A stretch of DNA of 64,000 nucleotides from an uncultured Planctomycetaceae bacterium (lineage in GTDB: Bacteria > Planctomycetota > Planctomycetia > Pirellulales > PALSA-1355), in assembly GCA_963785305.1 (NCBI GenBank), contig CAWAUV010000002.1, positions 32,001-96,000 of the forward strand. The letters are read 5' to 3'. How positions within the stretch are numbered: the first letter of the stretch is position 1; every line of letters begins with the position of its first letter. Below are positions 1-11,367 of this stretch, piece after piece. The notes beneath the pieces are model-generated. The model saw nothing but the letters and a program-made list of their open reading frames with translations, made no database searches and was not told the DNA's origin. The position numbers and the translations under genes are program-made.

Positions 1-1
1 G

Positions 2-61
2 GAGCAGCACTTGGCGAACATCATGGCCTGCGTCGAAGCGCAATTTGGCGCTGGCGAGTGA
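2..61 (+). CDS. 3' end of a probable ArsR/SmtB-family regulator (partial, runs off the window)
   Basis: Frame 2 reads EQHLANIMACVEAQFGAGE*, resembling the Cys-containing C-terminal helix of sulfur-sensing ArsR proteins. It lies directly upstream of rhodanese genes. Confidence 0.4.
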   Translation, partial: EQHLANIMACVEAQFGAGE

Positions 62-141
62 TTTGTTTCGTGAAAGAAATATCGGAATATCGCGATCTAT
101 AACGTCATTTGTCTTGGTGAACCGAATCGAGGAGCCCAACC

Positions 142-693
142 ATGTCTCTCGCCACAATCTCGCCCACGCGGCTCGGAGAGCTTCGCAAGCAAGGGCAACC
201 CATCGATCTGATCGATGTGCGCACACCCGTCGAATTTCGCGAAGCGCATCTGGAGTTTGCCCGCAATATCCCGCTCGACCGGCTCGACGCCGCGGCCGTG
301 ATCCGCGATCGCAATGGCTCGGCTGGCCAACCGCTCTATCTGATTTGCCGCTCGGGCAAGCGCGGGGAGCAGGCCTGCCAAGCCTTTGCCGCGGCCGGCT
401 TCGACGGAGCCGTGAATGTCGAAGGCGGCACGATGGCCTGCATCGAAGCCGGCCTGCCGGTCACACGCGGCAAAAAATCGATGTCGCTCGAGCGGCAAGT
501 GCGCATCGCCGCCGGATCGCTCGTCTTGCTGGGCGCCGGCCTCGGGTGGTGGGTGCATCCGGCCTTTGTCGCGCTCTCCGCGTTTGTCGGCGCCGGCCTC
601 GTGTTCGCGGGCCTAACCGATACCTGCGGCATGGGAATGCTGATTGCCCGCATGCCGTGGAACCAAGGCGGTGAAGCCGGCTGTGCCCGGTAG
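142..693 (+). CDS. Rhodanese-domain protein with C-terminal DUF2892 membrane segment (YgaP-like)
   Basis: DVRTPVEF...H, active-site ICRSGKR, then SLERQVRIAAG and TDTCGMG...MPWN. GGAG RBS upstream. Confidence 0.9.
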   Translation: MSLATISPTRLGELRKQGQPIDLIDVRTPVEFREAHLEFARNIPLDRLDAAAVIRDRNGSAGQPLYLICRSGKRGEQACQAFAAAGFDGAVNVEGGTMACIEAGLPVTRGKKSMSLERQVRIAAGSLVLLGAGLGWWVHPAFVALSAFVGAGLVFAGLTDTCGMGMLIARMPWNQGGEAGCAR

Positions 694-765
694 CGCGCCA
701 TGAAGGATTCAAGGCCGATTTCGTTGATGCATGCGGCGAAATTTCCATTTCCAGGAGCGAGCGAC

Positions 766-2457
766 ATGAAACTGGTCATCGTGGGCGGCGTGGCGGGGGG
801 AGCTTCCGCCGCGGCGCGAGCCCGGCGCAATTGCGAACAGGCCGAAATCGTGCTCTTCGAGCGCGGGCCCGATGTTTCATTCGCCAATTGCGGACTGCCA
901 TACTATGCCGGCGGCGAAATCGCCGACCGCGACAAGTTGCTCATCACCACGCCCGAGCGGCTGCGTTCGCGATTCAAGCTCGATGTGCGCACGCGCGCGA
1001 ATGTCGAATCGATCGATCGGTCGGCCAAGCGAGTGCGGGTGCGCGACCTCGCGACCGGCGAGGAATATGAAGAAGCCTACGACAAACTGATTCTCTCGCC
1101 CGGCGCCGCGCCCTTTCGCCCGCCGACGCCCGGCATCGATCTACCTGGCATCTTTACGCTCCGCAATTTGCAAGATATCGACGGCATCAAGCGTCGGCTC
1201 GACCGCGGAGCGCGGCGGGCGATCGTCGTGGGCGGCGGCTTTATCGGGCTCGAGCTTGTCGAAAACTTCGTGCGACGCGGGGTCATGACCACCGTGGTCG
1301 AACTGCAAGATCAACTGCTGCCGCCGTTGGATAAGGAAATGACCACACCGCTCATGGACGCGCTGGCGGCCAAGGGCGCGGCGGTGCGGCTGGGTGAGTC
1401 GGTCGAAGCATTCGAACCCGCGGCCGACGGATTGGTGGCCCGATTGAAGTCGGGCGAATGCTTGCCGGCGCAATTGGTCGTGATCGGGGTGGGCGTGCGT
1501 CCGGAGAACAAGCTCGCGGTCGAGGCCGGGCTCGAAGTCGGCCCGCGCGGCGGCATTCGCGTCAATGCTTATCTCGAAACGAGCGATCCTGATATTTTCG
1601 CCGTGGGCGATGCGATCGAAACGAAGGACTTTGTCCTAGGCGGTCCAACCCAAGTTCCCTTGGCTGGGCCAGCCAATCGCCAAGGCCGCATCGCGGCCGA
1701 TAACGCATGCGGCCGGCGCGTAACATTTCGCGGCGCCCAGGGCACGGCCATCGTCGGCCTCTTCGACCGCGTGGCGGCCGTGACCGGCGCCTCGGAAAAA
1801 TCGCTCCGCAAGGCGAACCAGTCCTTTCGCAAGACCTATATCCACCCGGCGCAACATGCCGGCTACTATCCCGGCGCCGAATCGATGGCGATCAAGATTC
1901 TCTTCGCGCCCGACACGGGCAAACTGCTCGGCGCCCAAGTCGTGGGCGGGGCCGGGGTCGATAAACGCATCGATGTGCTTGCCGTGGCGATTCAAGCCCG
2001 CATGACCGTGTTCGATCTCGAGGAAATGGAGCTCGCCTACGCGCCTCAGTTCGGCTCGGCCAAAGATCCGGTCAACATGGCGGGCTTCGTGGCCGCGGGC
2101 ATCGTGCGCGGCGAACATCGGCAGGTCGACCTCGAAGCGGTGCTGTCGACTGGGGCTGAGGACCGGCCTTTGCTGCTCGATGTGCGCACGACGCAAGAGT
2201 TCAATGCGGGCCACATACCCGAGGCGATGAGCTTGCCCGTCGATGAACTGCGATCGCGGCTCGATGAACTGCCGCGCGACCGGCCGATCGCCGCTTATTG
2301 CCAGGTCGGCCAGCGCGGCTACTTGGCCACGCGAATACTTCTGCAAAACGGCTTCGACGCCGCGAACATCGGCGGCGGCTACAAGACCTATCTCTTGTGG
2401 AAACCATCGCTCGAAGCCACCAAGGCGCCCGAACTCAACACATTGACGACGCGGTAA
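766..2457 (+). CDS. CoA-disulfide/persulfide reductase with C-terminal rhodanese domain (CoADR-RHD)
   Basis: GGVAGG FAD motif, SFANCGLPY redox Cys, GGGFIGLE NAD(P)H motif, YAPQF, and C-terminal YCQVGQRG rhodanese. AGGAG RBS precedes ATG 766. Confidence 0.92.
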   Translation: MKLVIVGGVAGGASAAARARRNCEQAEIVLFERGPDVSFANCGLPYYAGGEIADRDKLLITTPERLRSRFKLDVRTRANVESIDRSAKRVRVRDLATGEEYEEAYDKLILSPGAAPFRPPTPGIDLPGIFTLRNLQDIDGIKRRLDRGARRAIVVGGGFIGLELVENFVRRGVMTTVVELQDQLLPPLDKEMTTPLMDALAAKGAAVRLGESVEAFEPAADGLVARLKSGECLPAQLVVIGVGVRPENKLAVEAGLEVGPRGGIRVNAYLETSDPDIFAVGDAIETKDFVLGGPTQVPLAGPANRQGRIAADNACGRRVTFRGAQGTAIVGLFDRVAAVTGASEKSLRKANQSFRKTYIHPAQHAGYYPGAESMAIKILFAPDTGKLLGAQVVGGAGVDKRIDVLAVAIQARMTVFDLEEMELAYAPQFGSAKDPVNMAGFVAAGIVRGEHRQVDLEAVLSTGAEDRPLLLDVRTTQEFNAGHIPEAMSLPVDELRSRLDELPRDRPIAAYCQVGQRGYLATRILLQNGFDAANIGGGYKTYLLWKPSLEATKAPELNTLTTR

Positions 2458-2466
2458 CAATCCCAA

Positions 2467-2907
2467 GTGGCGGAAAACATCCGCCGGCCGGAGCCGATTT
2501 CCTTGGAAACCGATCCCCCGAACGCCGAACCTCGAAAACCCGCGGATGCGGCCACGCGTTTGGCCGGCGAGCGCACCCTGCTGGCTTGGGTCCGCACCGG
2601 GCTGGCGATGATGGGGTTTGGCTTCGTGGTCGCGCGGTTCGGGCTCTTTTTGCGGGAACTGGCAGCCGCCGGCAACCTGGCTCGACCGCCCCATGTGGGA
2701 TTTTCGCTGTGGATCGGCGTGGCGCTCGTGGCGGTGGGCGTGGCCGTTTGTTTGCTGGCGGCCGGTCAGCATCTCGCGTTCTTACGACGCATCGACGCCG
2801 GCTTGCCCTATCGCCCGCCGCGCTGGTCGCTGGGAGTCATCGTCGCATTTTTTCTGGCGATCACCGGCGTCGTCATGGCGGTTTATCTGCTACTGCTGGG
2901 CGCTTGA
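2467..2907 (+). CDS. DUF202/YidH-family inner membrane protein
   Basis: LAGERTLLAWVRTGLAMMGFGFVVARFGLF motif and three hydrophobic helices. Confidence 0.88.
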   Translation: MAENIRRPEPISLETDPPNAEPRKPADAATRLAGERTLLAWVRTGLAMMGFGFVVARFGLFLRELAAAGNLARPPHVGFSLWIGVALVAVGVAVCLLAAGQHLAFLRRIDAGLPYRPPRWSLGVIVAFFLAITGVVMAVYLLLLGA

Positions 2908-3144
2908 ACCGGTCGAGCGTTGCGGAACGGAATAATCCGAGCCGCCGGTGGTCTCGCGGACATCTTTGGCATCCGAGCCCAAATCCCCCGACACGCATCG
3001 GCATGCCACGCAGTCGCCTGCAATTGGTGCTCGTTGACCATTGCCCCCGAAGACGCTTTGCCCGCGGTGGGCGGATCGGCTAAAGTTGCTTTGTGGTTGG
3101 TCGTTCCTAGAGCTTTTATATTTCCTGCGCGAGGTTTTGCGGCA

Positions 3145-4413
3145 ATGCCTGTTGTTCCCACGTTTTCCACGCTCCGTGAAAAAATCGCCGGTCTTCCCGT
3201 TCATGATCTGGCCGAGCAGTTCGGCACGCCCACGTTTGTCTACAACGCCGCGAAAATTCGCGAGCGCATTGCCGATCTCAAGGCGTTTGATGTGGTGCGC
3301 TATGCCCAGAAAGCCTGTTCCAACCTCGCGATTCTCGATCTCGCCCGCCGCGCCGGCGCCCTGGTCGATTCGGTGAGCGCCGGCGAGATTCTTCGGGCGC
3401 TCGCGGCCGGCTACTCCGCCGCCGGCGATCCGCCGCCGATCGTCTATACCGCCGATATCTTCGATCGCGAAAGCCTCGAGCTTGTCGCGAAGCATGGCAT
3501 TCATGCCAATGTCGGTTCGCCCGACATGATCGATCAGCTTGCCGCTCGGGCGCCGGGCAGCCATATCACGCTGCGCATCAATCCCGGCTTCGGACACGGT
3601 CACAGCCAAAAGACCAACACCGGCGGTCAACAATCGAAGCATGGCATCTGGCACACCGAGCTCCATGATTGCCTGCGTCGGGCCGAAGCGGGCGGGCTCG
3701 CCGTGACCGGGCTACACATGCACATCGGCTCGGGAACCGACATGGAGCATCTGGCCCAAGTCTGCGGCGCGCTCGAGCGCGCCGCGCTCGAAGTCGGCCG
3801 CTCACTCACCGCGATCAGCGCCGGCGGCGGCCTGCCGGTGCCCTACAAGGCCGGACAGACCTATGTCGATATCGATGCCTATTTCCGGCTCTGGGACGCG
3901 ACCCGCAAGCGGCTCGAAGACGCGTTTGGCCACTCGCTGCGGTTGGAGATCGAGCCGGGCCGGTATCTTGTGGCGGAAAGCGGATATCTCATCACCACGA
4001 TCGCGGCCGTGAAACGCATGGGCGACAATGTGTTCTATCTTGTCGACGCCGGCTTCAACAATCTCGCCCGCCCGATCCTCTACGGCGCTTACCACCCGAT
4101 GTCGATCGCCCAGCGGAGCGGCGGCGAGCGGCGGGCGGAGCAAGCGGTCGTGGTCGGCGGCCCGCTCTGCGAATCGGGCGATATCTTCACGCAAGAAGAA
4201 GGCGGCTTCGTCAGCACCCGACAATTGCCCGCGGCCGCGGTGGGCGATTTGCTCGTGATCGAATGCGCGGGCGCCTACGGCTTTGTGATGGGCTCGAACT
4301 ACAACAGCAAGCCGCTGGCCGCCGAAGCGCTCATCGACGGCGGTAAAGCCGAGCTCATCCGCCGACGACAGACCTTCGAAGACCTAATCGCGGGAGAGCG
4401 CATTCCGAAATAA
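3145..4413 (+). CDS. lysA: Diaminopimelate decarboxylase
   Basis: YAQKACSN PLP-lysine motif, HMHIGSG, EPGRYLVAE, GPLCESGD, GAYG..MGSNYN. Confidence 0.95.
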   Translation: MPVVPTFSTLREKIAGLPVHDLAEQFGTPTFVYNAAKIRERIADLKAFDVVRYAQKACSNLAILDLARRAGALVDSVSAGEILRALAAGYSAAGDPPPIVYTADIFDRESLELVAKHGIHANVGSPDMIDQLAARAPGSHITLRINPGFGHGHSQKTNTGGQQSKHGIWHTELHDCLRRAEAGGLAVTGLHMHIGSGTDMEHLAQVCGALERAALEVGRSLTAISAGGGLPVPYKAGQTYVDIDAYFRLWDATRKRLEDAFGHSLRLEIEPGRYLVAESGYLITTIAAVKRMGDNVFYLVDAGFNNLARPILYGAYHPMSIAQRSGGERRAEQAVVVGGPLCESGDIFTQEEGGFVSTRQLPAAAVGDLLVIECAGAYGFVMGSNYNSKPLAAEALIDGGKAELIRRRQTFEDLIAGERIPK

Positions 4414-4508
4414 TTCGCGCGTGGGCCCACACGCATCGACGCCGGAGTCTTGGCCACGCCACCGCGCCACCCCACACGGTGAGGAACTCCGGCCGGCGCC
4501 GCGCGGCG

Positions 4509-6440
4509 TCATTTCGCCGATGTCTTGCCCGCCACCGCGTCGGCCAGGATCGCGTGCATGCGCTCGACGAACTGGTGCGGGTCGGCCAGATAGCCATCGA
4601 CCAGCATGCAGCCTTCGAACAATTGCTCGCAGGCTCGGGCCACGAGCGGGTCGCTCGCGTCTTGGGCCACCATACGCTCCAGGTTTTTCACCAGCGGATG
4701 CCGCGGATTGAGCTCGAGCACTCGCTTCGGTAGCTCCGTGGTCTTGTGCATGAGCCGCATCATTTTCTCCATGTGCGACGACATTTGATCGTCATCGCCC
4801 ACGAGACATGCCGGCGAATCGACCAACCGCTCGCTTACCCGCACATCGACGACCCGATCGCCCAGTATTTCCTTGCAGCGATCGACCAGCGGCCTGGCCT
4901 CGGCGGCGGCCGATTCGGTTTCCTTCGCTTCTTCGGCCGACTTCTCCGCGGAGCCCAAGTCCTTGAGATCGTCGGGCCGAGCGGCGTCGGCCGACACAAG
5001 CGGCTTATCGTGGTACTTGCCGAGCTGCGAGAGGATAAACTCGTCGGCCGCTTCGGTCAGATAGAGCACTTCGATCCCGCGCTTGCGGAACAGCTCGAGC
5101 CGCGGGTCGCGAAGCAGCGCCTCGCGACTGGCGCCCGAGAGGTAGTAGATCGCCTTTTGCGCTTCGGGCATCGCGGCCGCATAGTCGGCGAGGCTGAGCA
5201 GGGCTTCGGAGTTGTCGTGGCGCGAGGAGTTGAAGCGGAGCAGTTCCTGGAATTTTTCGCGGTTGGAGTAATCGTTGTAACCTTCGCGAAATATCCGGCC
5301 AAAGGCGTTCCAGAACTTGGCGTAGTCCTCGGGCTTTTCTTTAGCCAGCTCGAGCAACTGGTCGAGCATGCGGCGTGAGAGGCTATCGCGAATCTTCATC
5401 ACCACGCGATTTTCTTGCAGCGTCTCGCGCGAGACATTCAGCGGCAAATCGTCGGACTCGACCACGCCGCGCACGAATCGCAAATAAGCCGGGAGCAGAT
5501 TCTTGTTCTCGGCGTCGATCAGCACTCGCTTGACATAGAGATGCAAGCTCACTTCGCCGCGGCCAAAGCCCAGCCCCTCGGGATTGTGGGCCGGCACGAA
5601 CAGGAGCGAGGAGAACTGAATCGGCGCATCGGCCGAATAGTGCAGCCTGGCCAGCGGCTCGTCGTCTTCGTGGCTAATCAGCTTGAAGAACTCGTTGTAT
5701 TGCTCGGGTTTTATCTGGCTGGCGGGCTCGCGCCACAGGGCCACGGTTTGATTGACCCGTTCGCCGCCCACCAGCACCGGAAACGCCACGAAGTTGCTGT
5801 AGCGCTGGATCGCGTGTTTCACGAGATCGGGCTCGGCGAAACGCTCGTCGTCGGCCTTGAGATGAATCTCGATGCGCGTGCCGCGCGGCAGATCTTCGTC
5901 GAGCGTTTCGAGCTCGTAGCTGCCCAGGCCCTCGCTGGTCCAGCGAACCGGCTTGCCGACCGGCTCGGCGGTCCGCGTGGTGAGCACGATTTTCTTCGCG
6001 GCCATGAACACCGAATAGAACCCGACGCCAAACCGGCCGATCAGGCTCAATTGCTGGGCCGGGTCTTGGCCCGTCTGCTTGAGCTGTTCGAGAAACGCGG
6101 TGGCGCCACTGTGGGCGATGGTGCCGATATTTTCATGCACCTCGGCTTCGGTCATGCCGATGCCGGTGTCGGTGATCACGAGCGTTTTATCTTCGCCCTC
6201 GTTGTGAGTCTCGATGCGAATCTCGAGCGGCAAGTCGGGCGAAGCGAGCTGTTGGCCGCTGGCCTGGCGGAAACGGGCCTTTTCGAGGGCGTCGCTGGCA
6301 TTTGAAATCAACTCGCGCAGGAACACGTCTTTCGACGTGTAAACCGAGTGGATCAGGATATCGAGCAATTGCCGAATCTCGGCTTTGAATTCATGGTGCT
6401 GCCCGGCGGCGCCGGCGGCGGGATCGATGGTGGTCGACAT
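4509..6440 (-). CDS. htpG: Molecular chaperone HtpG (Hsp90)
   Basis: FLRELISNASDALEK, IGRFGVGFYS, LPLNVSRETLQ, LELNPRHPL. Confidence 0.97.
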   Translation of the reverse strand: MSTTIDPAAGAAGQHHEFKAEIRQLLDILIHSVYTSKDVFLRELISNASDALEKARFRQASGQQLASPDLPLEIRIETHNEGEDKTLVITDTGIGMTEAEVHENIGTIAHSGATAFLEQLKQTGQDPAQQLSLIGRFGVGFYSVFMAAKKIVLTTRTAEPVGKPVRWTSEGLGSYELETLDEDLPRGTRIEIHLKADDERFAEPDLVKHAIQRYSNFVAFPVLVGGERVNQTVALWREPASQIKPEQYNEFFKLISHEDDEPLARLHYSADAPIQFSSLLFVPAHNPEGLGFGRGEVSLHLYVKRVLIDAENKNLLPAYLRFVRGVVESDDLPLNVSRETLQENRVVMKIRDSLSRRMLDQLLELAKEKPEDYAKFWNAFGRIFREGYNDYSNREKFQELLRFNSSRHDNSEALLSLADYAAAMPEAQKAIYYLSGASREALLRDPRLELFRKRGIEVLYLTEAADEFILSQLGKYHDKPLVSADAARPDDLKDLGSAEKSAEEAKETESAAAEARPLVDRCKEILGDRVVDVRVSERLVDSPACLVGDDDQMSSHMEKMMRLMHKTTELPKRVLELNPRHPLVKNLERMVAQDASDPLVARACEQLFEGCMLVDGYLADPHQFVERMHAILADAVAGKTSAK

Positions 6441-6526
6441 GTTTTTTATGTGCTGGATCCGAGATGGGGGGCATTTCCTGGCGACGGCAATTTTTGGCGC
6501 CACCGCGACCGATGGTCGCTTGCCGA

Positions 6527-6543
6527 AGCAACCCGTGGGCCAA
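6527..6543 (-). promoter_or_regulatory. Putative sigma-54 (-24/-12) promoter of htpG
   Basis: Minus strand reads TTGGCCCACGGGTTGCT (GG-N10-GC), about 87 bp upstream of the htpG ATG. Confidence 0.5.
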
Positions 6544-6662
6544 TCATCCGACCGTTCCCGAGATCACGAGGAAAGAAAGACGCAAGTCTTTTGTCACGAG
6601 CACCTTGCAACCGACATAGTCCGATGGTCCCGCGGGCGAGCATCAAAATGCAACCACGAAAC

Positions 6663-6685
6663 GCGACTGCCAGTTTGGCAGTCGC
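6663..6685. promoter_or_regulatory. Perfect inverted repeat GCGACTGCCA-N3-TGGCAGTCGC, candidate activator/operator site
   Basis: 10-bp arms in the divergent htpG/natA intergenic region. Confidence 0.45.
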
Positions 6686-6872
6686 AAGACATTCTCCCAG
6701 GCAGGCCGGCGCCCCATGAATGTCGCCTGAATCAGTCACGACGATCGCGCCCATCGGGCCGAGCAACGCCACGGGCTCGCCCCGGGCTTTGACCTTTTTG
6801 GGCGTCCGCCATGTGGTACTGTTGAAAGAACGCTACCGGCCTCTCCCCCACGTTGCGCGCTCCCGCACCCCA

Positions 6873-7649
6873 ATGATCCACGTACGCGCCCTAAGCAAGC
6901 ACTATGCCGATCTACAGCGCGGCCAAATCGTCGCGCTCGATCAGGTCAGCTTCGAGGCCCGGGCCGGCCAGATCTATGGCCTCTTGGGACCCAATGGCGC
7001 CGGCAAAACCACGCTTCTCCGCATCTTAAGCACCGTGCTCCAGCCCACGGGCGGCTCGGCCGAGATCAATGGCTCGGATGTGGTGCGCGACGCTTCGCGC
7101 GTGCGGCGGCAGATCGGCTTCGTCTCGACCAACACCGCCGTGTACGACCGCATGACCGCCTGGGAGATGGTCGAATATTTCGGCCGGCTCAACGGCCTCG
7201 ATCCGGGACCGCTCCGTCAGCGCATGGAAGAAATATTCAACCGATTGCGAATGAACGACTTTCGCGACTTGCTCGGCGCCAAGATGTCGACCGGAATGAA
7301 GCAGAAGGTGTCGATCGCCCGAGCCATCGTGCATGACCCGCCGGTGCTGATCTTCGACGAAGCCACTTCGGGGCTCGATGTGCTCGTGGCCCGATCGCTT
7401 TTGCAAACCGTGGCCGACCTGGGCGAGCATGGCAAGTGCGTGCTCTTCTCGACGCACATCATGCGCGAAGCGGAAAAGCTGTGCGACCGGGTGGCGATCA
7501 TGCATCGCGGCCGTGTGCTGGCCGAGGGCGCTTTATCGGAACTGCGCGAGCGCCACGGCGAAAATGATCTTGAAGAATTGTTCTTCCGCCTGATCAGCGA
7601 ACACGACCAAACACATGCCGATCTCGCGGCGCGAGGCGGCGCCCGATGA
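6873..7649 (+). CDS. ABC transporter ATP-binding protein (NatA-like)
   Basis: GPNGAGKTT Walker A, MSTGMKQK signature, IFDEAT Walker B, STH. Confidence 0.92.
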   Translation: MIHVRALSKHYADLQRGQIVALDQVSFEARAGQIYGLLGPNGAGKTTLLRILSTVLQPTGGSAEINGSDVVRDASRVRRQIGFVSTNTAVYDRMTAWEMVEYFGRLNGLDPGPLRQRMEEIFNRLRMNDFRDLLGAKMSTGMKQKVSIARAIVHDPPVLIFDEATSGLDVLVARSLLQTVADLGEHGKCVLFSTHIMREAEKLCDRVAIMHRGRVLAEGALSELRERHGENDLEELFFRLISEHDQTHADLAARGGAR

Positions 7650-9943
7650 ATTGGAAACAAGTCAAACTGATCTTCTTGCGCGAGGTGCGCGATCAACTTC
7701 GCGACCGGCGCACGCTGTTCATGATCGCGGTGCTGCCGCTGCTGTTGTACCCACTTCTGGGCATGAGCTTCTTGCGGATGTCGCAGTTTCTTCGCGAGCA
7801 TTCGGTGAAGACGCTGCTCGTGGGGCAGGAACAACTGGCGGGCCTGCCGCCGCTGGTCGAAGGCGAACATTTCGCCGCCGATCTATTCAAGGAGCCGCGG
7901 CGAGCGCGGATGTTCACCGTCAAGACCGCGCCCCATAAGACCGGGGCCTCGGCCGACGACGAAGCCGCGGCGGCTCGCGCGGCGGCGGAGTCGGGCGAAG
8001 CGGATGTGGCCGTGTATTTTCCGCCGCGTTTCGCCGAACATCTTCGCGAAGAATATCCGCGGAACCCAGGGCCCGACGCCGCGCCGCCAGCAAATGAATC
8101 GCGACCGACCGAACCGAGGAAGCCGGCCGACGCCGCGGTTCCCGAGGTGCGACTTTTTTGGAACGAAGCCAAGGAAGAGTCGCGGTTGGCGCAGCGCGGC
8201 GTGAGCGAATTGCTCGAACGCTGGCGCGAGGAAGTCATTCGCCAATCGCTCGTCGCCAATCGAATTCCCGAAACGCTGGTCCGCCCCTTCGACTTGGCCT
8301 CGACCGATGTGGCGGCCGCGGGACAAGATAAAGCGGCCCTGTGGTCGCGCATTCTGCCGTTCGTGCTCTTGCTCTGGGCCCTGACCGGAGCGTTTTACCC
8401 GGCCGTGGACTTATGCGCGGGCGAGAAAGAGCGCGGCACGCTCGAAACCCTCTTGTGCAGCCCGGCCGAGCGGCGCGAGATCGTGTGGGGCAAGCTGCTC
8501 ACGATCATGGTTTTTAGCATGGCCACGGCGATTCTGAATCTGCTCAGCTTGGGCATCACCGGTTCGCTTTTGCTCAGCCAATTGGAAACCCTGGGACCGC
8601 CGCCGCTGGTGGCGGTGGTGTGGCTGCTGGTGGCGCTGCCGCCGGTTTCGGCGCTTTTCAGCGCGCTCTGTCTTTCGATCGCGGTCTTTGCCCGCAGCAC
8701 GAAGGAAGGCCAGTACTATTTGATGCCGCTGGTGCTCATCACGCTGCCGCTCACGATGTTGCCCATGGCGCCGGGAGTGGAGCTCACGCTCGGCAACAGC
8801 CTGATTCCGATCAGCGGCTTCGTGCTCCTCTTGCGCACCGTGCTCGAAGGCAACTACGCCGCGGCGGCGCCGCTCGTGGCCCCGGTGGCGCTGGTGACGC
8901 TCGCTTGCTGCCAATTTTCGATCCGCTGGGCCACCGAGCAGTTCAATCGCGAAAGCGTGCTCTTCCGCGAAAGCGAACGGCTCGACTTGGGCCTGTGGCT
9001 CAAGCAGTTGATGCGCACTCGGCAAGACACGCCCTCGACGCCCGAGGCGATTCTCTGCGGAACCCTGATCCTGCTGCTCGAGTTCTTCATGAGCTTGAGC
9101 TTGCCGAAGATCGCCAATCTGGCCGAACTGGCCGTCGTCACGCAATTGGTGGTGATTGCCACGCCGGCCCTGATTATGACCGTCATGCTCACGCGCAGCC
9201 CCGTCAAAACCCTGCTGCTCGTCTGGCCCGGACCGCGGGCACTGCTGGCGGCGGCCCTTTTGGCGGTGGCGATCCATCCGGTAAACGATGCGCTCGGCGC
9301 TTTGGTGCAGCGCGTCTACCCGGTGAGCGATCCCGTGGCCGAGCAGTTCAAACAACTCACCGAGGGCATGACCGCCCCCTGGATTCTGCTTCTGTGGCTC
9401 GTGCCGCCGGTATGCGAGGAGCTGGCCTTTCGCGGATTCATTCTTTCCGGCATGCGACATTCGGGCCACAAATGGCGGGCGATCGTCGTAAGTAGCTTGT
9501 TCTTCGGGGCCAGTCACATGCTCTTGCAGCAGTCGCTCTTGGCCACGGTCATGGGCCTCGTGTTGGGATATCTGGCGATTCAGACCGGCAGCATCGGCCC
9601 GAGTATTGTGTTTCATTTGTCGCACAATGGACTGTCGCTCTTGGTTGGCTCCTTGGATCCGGCGGCGGTCGATAAACACCCGGCGCTCGTCTGGCTCGGC
9701 TCGTGGAACAACCCCGCGGCGGCCGCGTTTGGCCACGCGCTCTGCGCGCTGCTCGAATCGATCGCGTGGCTCCGCGCGGGAAGCGCCGAGACAGGGCTCG
9801 AATATCGCTTGCCGGTGGCGGCGGTAGGCGCCTTGGCGGCGGCGGCGCTGTTGTTGTGGCTCCGAAAGTTGCCATATGCCCGCACTCCGGAAGAAGCCCA
9901 ACACGAACTGCTCGAGGCCCGCAGCCGCGCGATGGGTGGCTAA
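7646..9943 (+). CDS. NatB-like ABC permease fused to CPBP (CAAX/Abi) intramembrane protease
   Basis: [13 protein letters not shown] and [13 protein letters not shown] (NatB), followed by [13 protein letters not shown] and HLSHN (CPBP). ATGA overlap with the ATPase gene. Confidence 0.9.
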   Translation: MNWKQVKLIFLREVRDQLRDRRTLFMIAVLPLLLYPLLGMSFLRMSQFLREHSVKTLLVGQEQLAGLPPLVEGEHFAADLFKEPRRARMFTVKTAPHKTGASADDEAAAARAAAESGEADVAVYFPPRFAEHLREEYPRNPGPDAAPPANESRPTEPRKPADAAVPEVRLFWNEAKEESRLAQRGVSELLERWREEVIRQSLVANRIPETLVRPFDLASTDVAAAGQDKAALWSRILPFVLLLWALTGAFYPAVDLCAGEKERGTLETLLCSPAERREIVWGKLLTIMVFSMATAILNLLSLGITGSLLLSQLETLGPPPLVAVVWLLVALPPVSALFSALCLSIAVFARSTKEGQYYLMPLVLITLPLTMLPMAPGVELTLGNSLIPISGFVLLLRTVLEGNYAAAAPLVAPVALVTLACCQFSIRWATEQFNRESVLFRESERLDLGLWLKQLMRTRQDTPSTPEAILCGTLILLLEFFMSLSLPKIANLAELAVVTQLVVIATPALIMTVMLTRSPVKTLLLVWPGPRALLAAALLAVAIHPVNDALGALVQRVYPVSDPVAEQFKQLTEGMTAPWILLLWLVPPVCEELAFRGFILSGMRHSGHKWRAIVVSSLFFGASHMLLQQSLLATVMGLVLGYLAIQTGSIGPSIVFHLSHNGLSLLVGSLDPAAVDKHPALVWLGSWNNPAAAAFGHALCALLESIAWLRAGSAETGLEYRLPVAAVGALAAAALLLWLRKLPYARTPEEAQHELLEARSRAMGG

Positions 9944-9993
9944 TCGGGCCGGTCGCGGCGTGTTTGTCGTCGCGAGAGTCGCGAGTCGTGGGT

Positions 9994-11350
9994 ATGATGA
10001 GCGGCATGGAACTGAAAATGCCCGCGGCACTGGCCGACTCCGCCGTGCTGCGTCGTCGCATGGAGTCGCTGGCCGAGGCCGAGTTGGCCGCGCATCAACT
10101 GGCGAGGCTCAACTCGCTCTTACTCGCGATTTTGCCGGAAAATCGCTTCTATTCCCATAAGCTCGCCGCCACGATTTCCGCCCGTGAAATGGCCGATCCT
10201 CACGGCCCGCTCGACTCGCTCGAGGACCTTGGCCGGCTGCCCTACACGCACAAGGAAGAGCTCCTGCCCGACGACCCGCGGAAGCATGTGGCCAACAATG
10301 TCACATTTCCGGCCGAGCGTTATGTGCGATTTCACCGCACCAGCGGCACGCGTGGCCGGCCGCTGGGCGTCGTCGACACAGCCGAGGATTGGGCGTGGTG
10401 GCTCGACTGTTGGGACTATGTGCTCGACGCCGCCGACATCACCCCGCGCGATCGGGTGTTCATGGCGTTTTCGTTTGGGCCGTTTATCGGATTCTGGAGC
10501 GCGTTCGAAGCCGCGTGCGCTCGTGGCTGCCTGGTGACGCCCGGCGGCGGGCTCACGACGCTCGGCCGACTCGAACTGATGCGCGATTCCGAGGCCACCG
10601 TCGTGTTTTGCACTCCGAGCTACGCGCTGCATATGGTCGAAGTGGCGCACGAAAACCATCTCGATTGCCGCGAGTTGGGCATTCGTCAGATTGTGCTGGC
10701 CGGCGAGCCCGGCGGCTCGGCGCCCACCACGCGAGGCCGCATCGAAGCCGGCTGGAACGCGCGGGTGCTGGACCACGCCGGCGCCACGGAAGTCGGCCCC
10801 TGGGGCCATGGCGATCGCCAGGGCCAGGGGCTGCATGTCGTGGAAAGCGAATTCATCGCCGAATTCCTGTCGATCGAACATGGCGGCCATGCCGCCGAGG
10901 GGGAGCTCGCCGAACTGGTGCTCACGCCGCTCGGACGCTTCGGAGCGCCGCTGGTGCGCTATCGCACCGGCGACTTGGTGCGACCCAGTTGGCAGTTTCC
11001 GGGCGCCAACCGCTTCGTGCATCTGGCTGGCGGAGTGCTGGGGCGCGTCGATGATATGCTAGTGGTGCGGCGGAGTGAATGTGTTTCCCAGCGCGGTCGA
11101 GAGCATCTTGCGTGGCTTCGCCGAAGTGATTGAATATCGGCTGGTGCTCACCCGAGTGGCCGAGATGGATCAAATGGCGGTCGAGATCGAGGACCGGCTC
11201 GACGATCCGGCCCGAGTGGCCAAGGAGCTCCAATTGCGGCTGGGGCTGAAGGTCGAAGTGCGAACGACGCCGCTGGGCAGCCTGCCGAGATTCGAAGGCA
11301 AGGGCCGCCGCATCGTCGACAACCGCGGTCTAGTGAAAGGCATATCGTGA
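9994..11350 (+). CDS. Phenylacetate-CoA ligase-like (PaaK family) adenylate-forming enzyme; 1-bp frameshift near 11069
   Basis: TSGTRG, GEPGG, GATEVG, RYRTGD, GRVDDMLVVR|GVNVFPSAVE. The C-terminus continues in ORF 11075..11350. Confidence 0.85.
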
Positions 11351-11367
11351 CAGGGGAATCGCGAATC

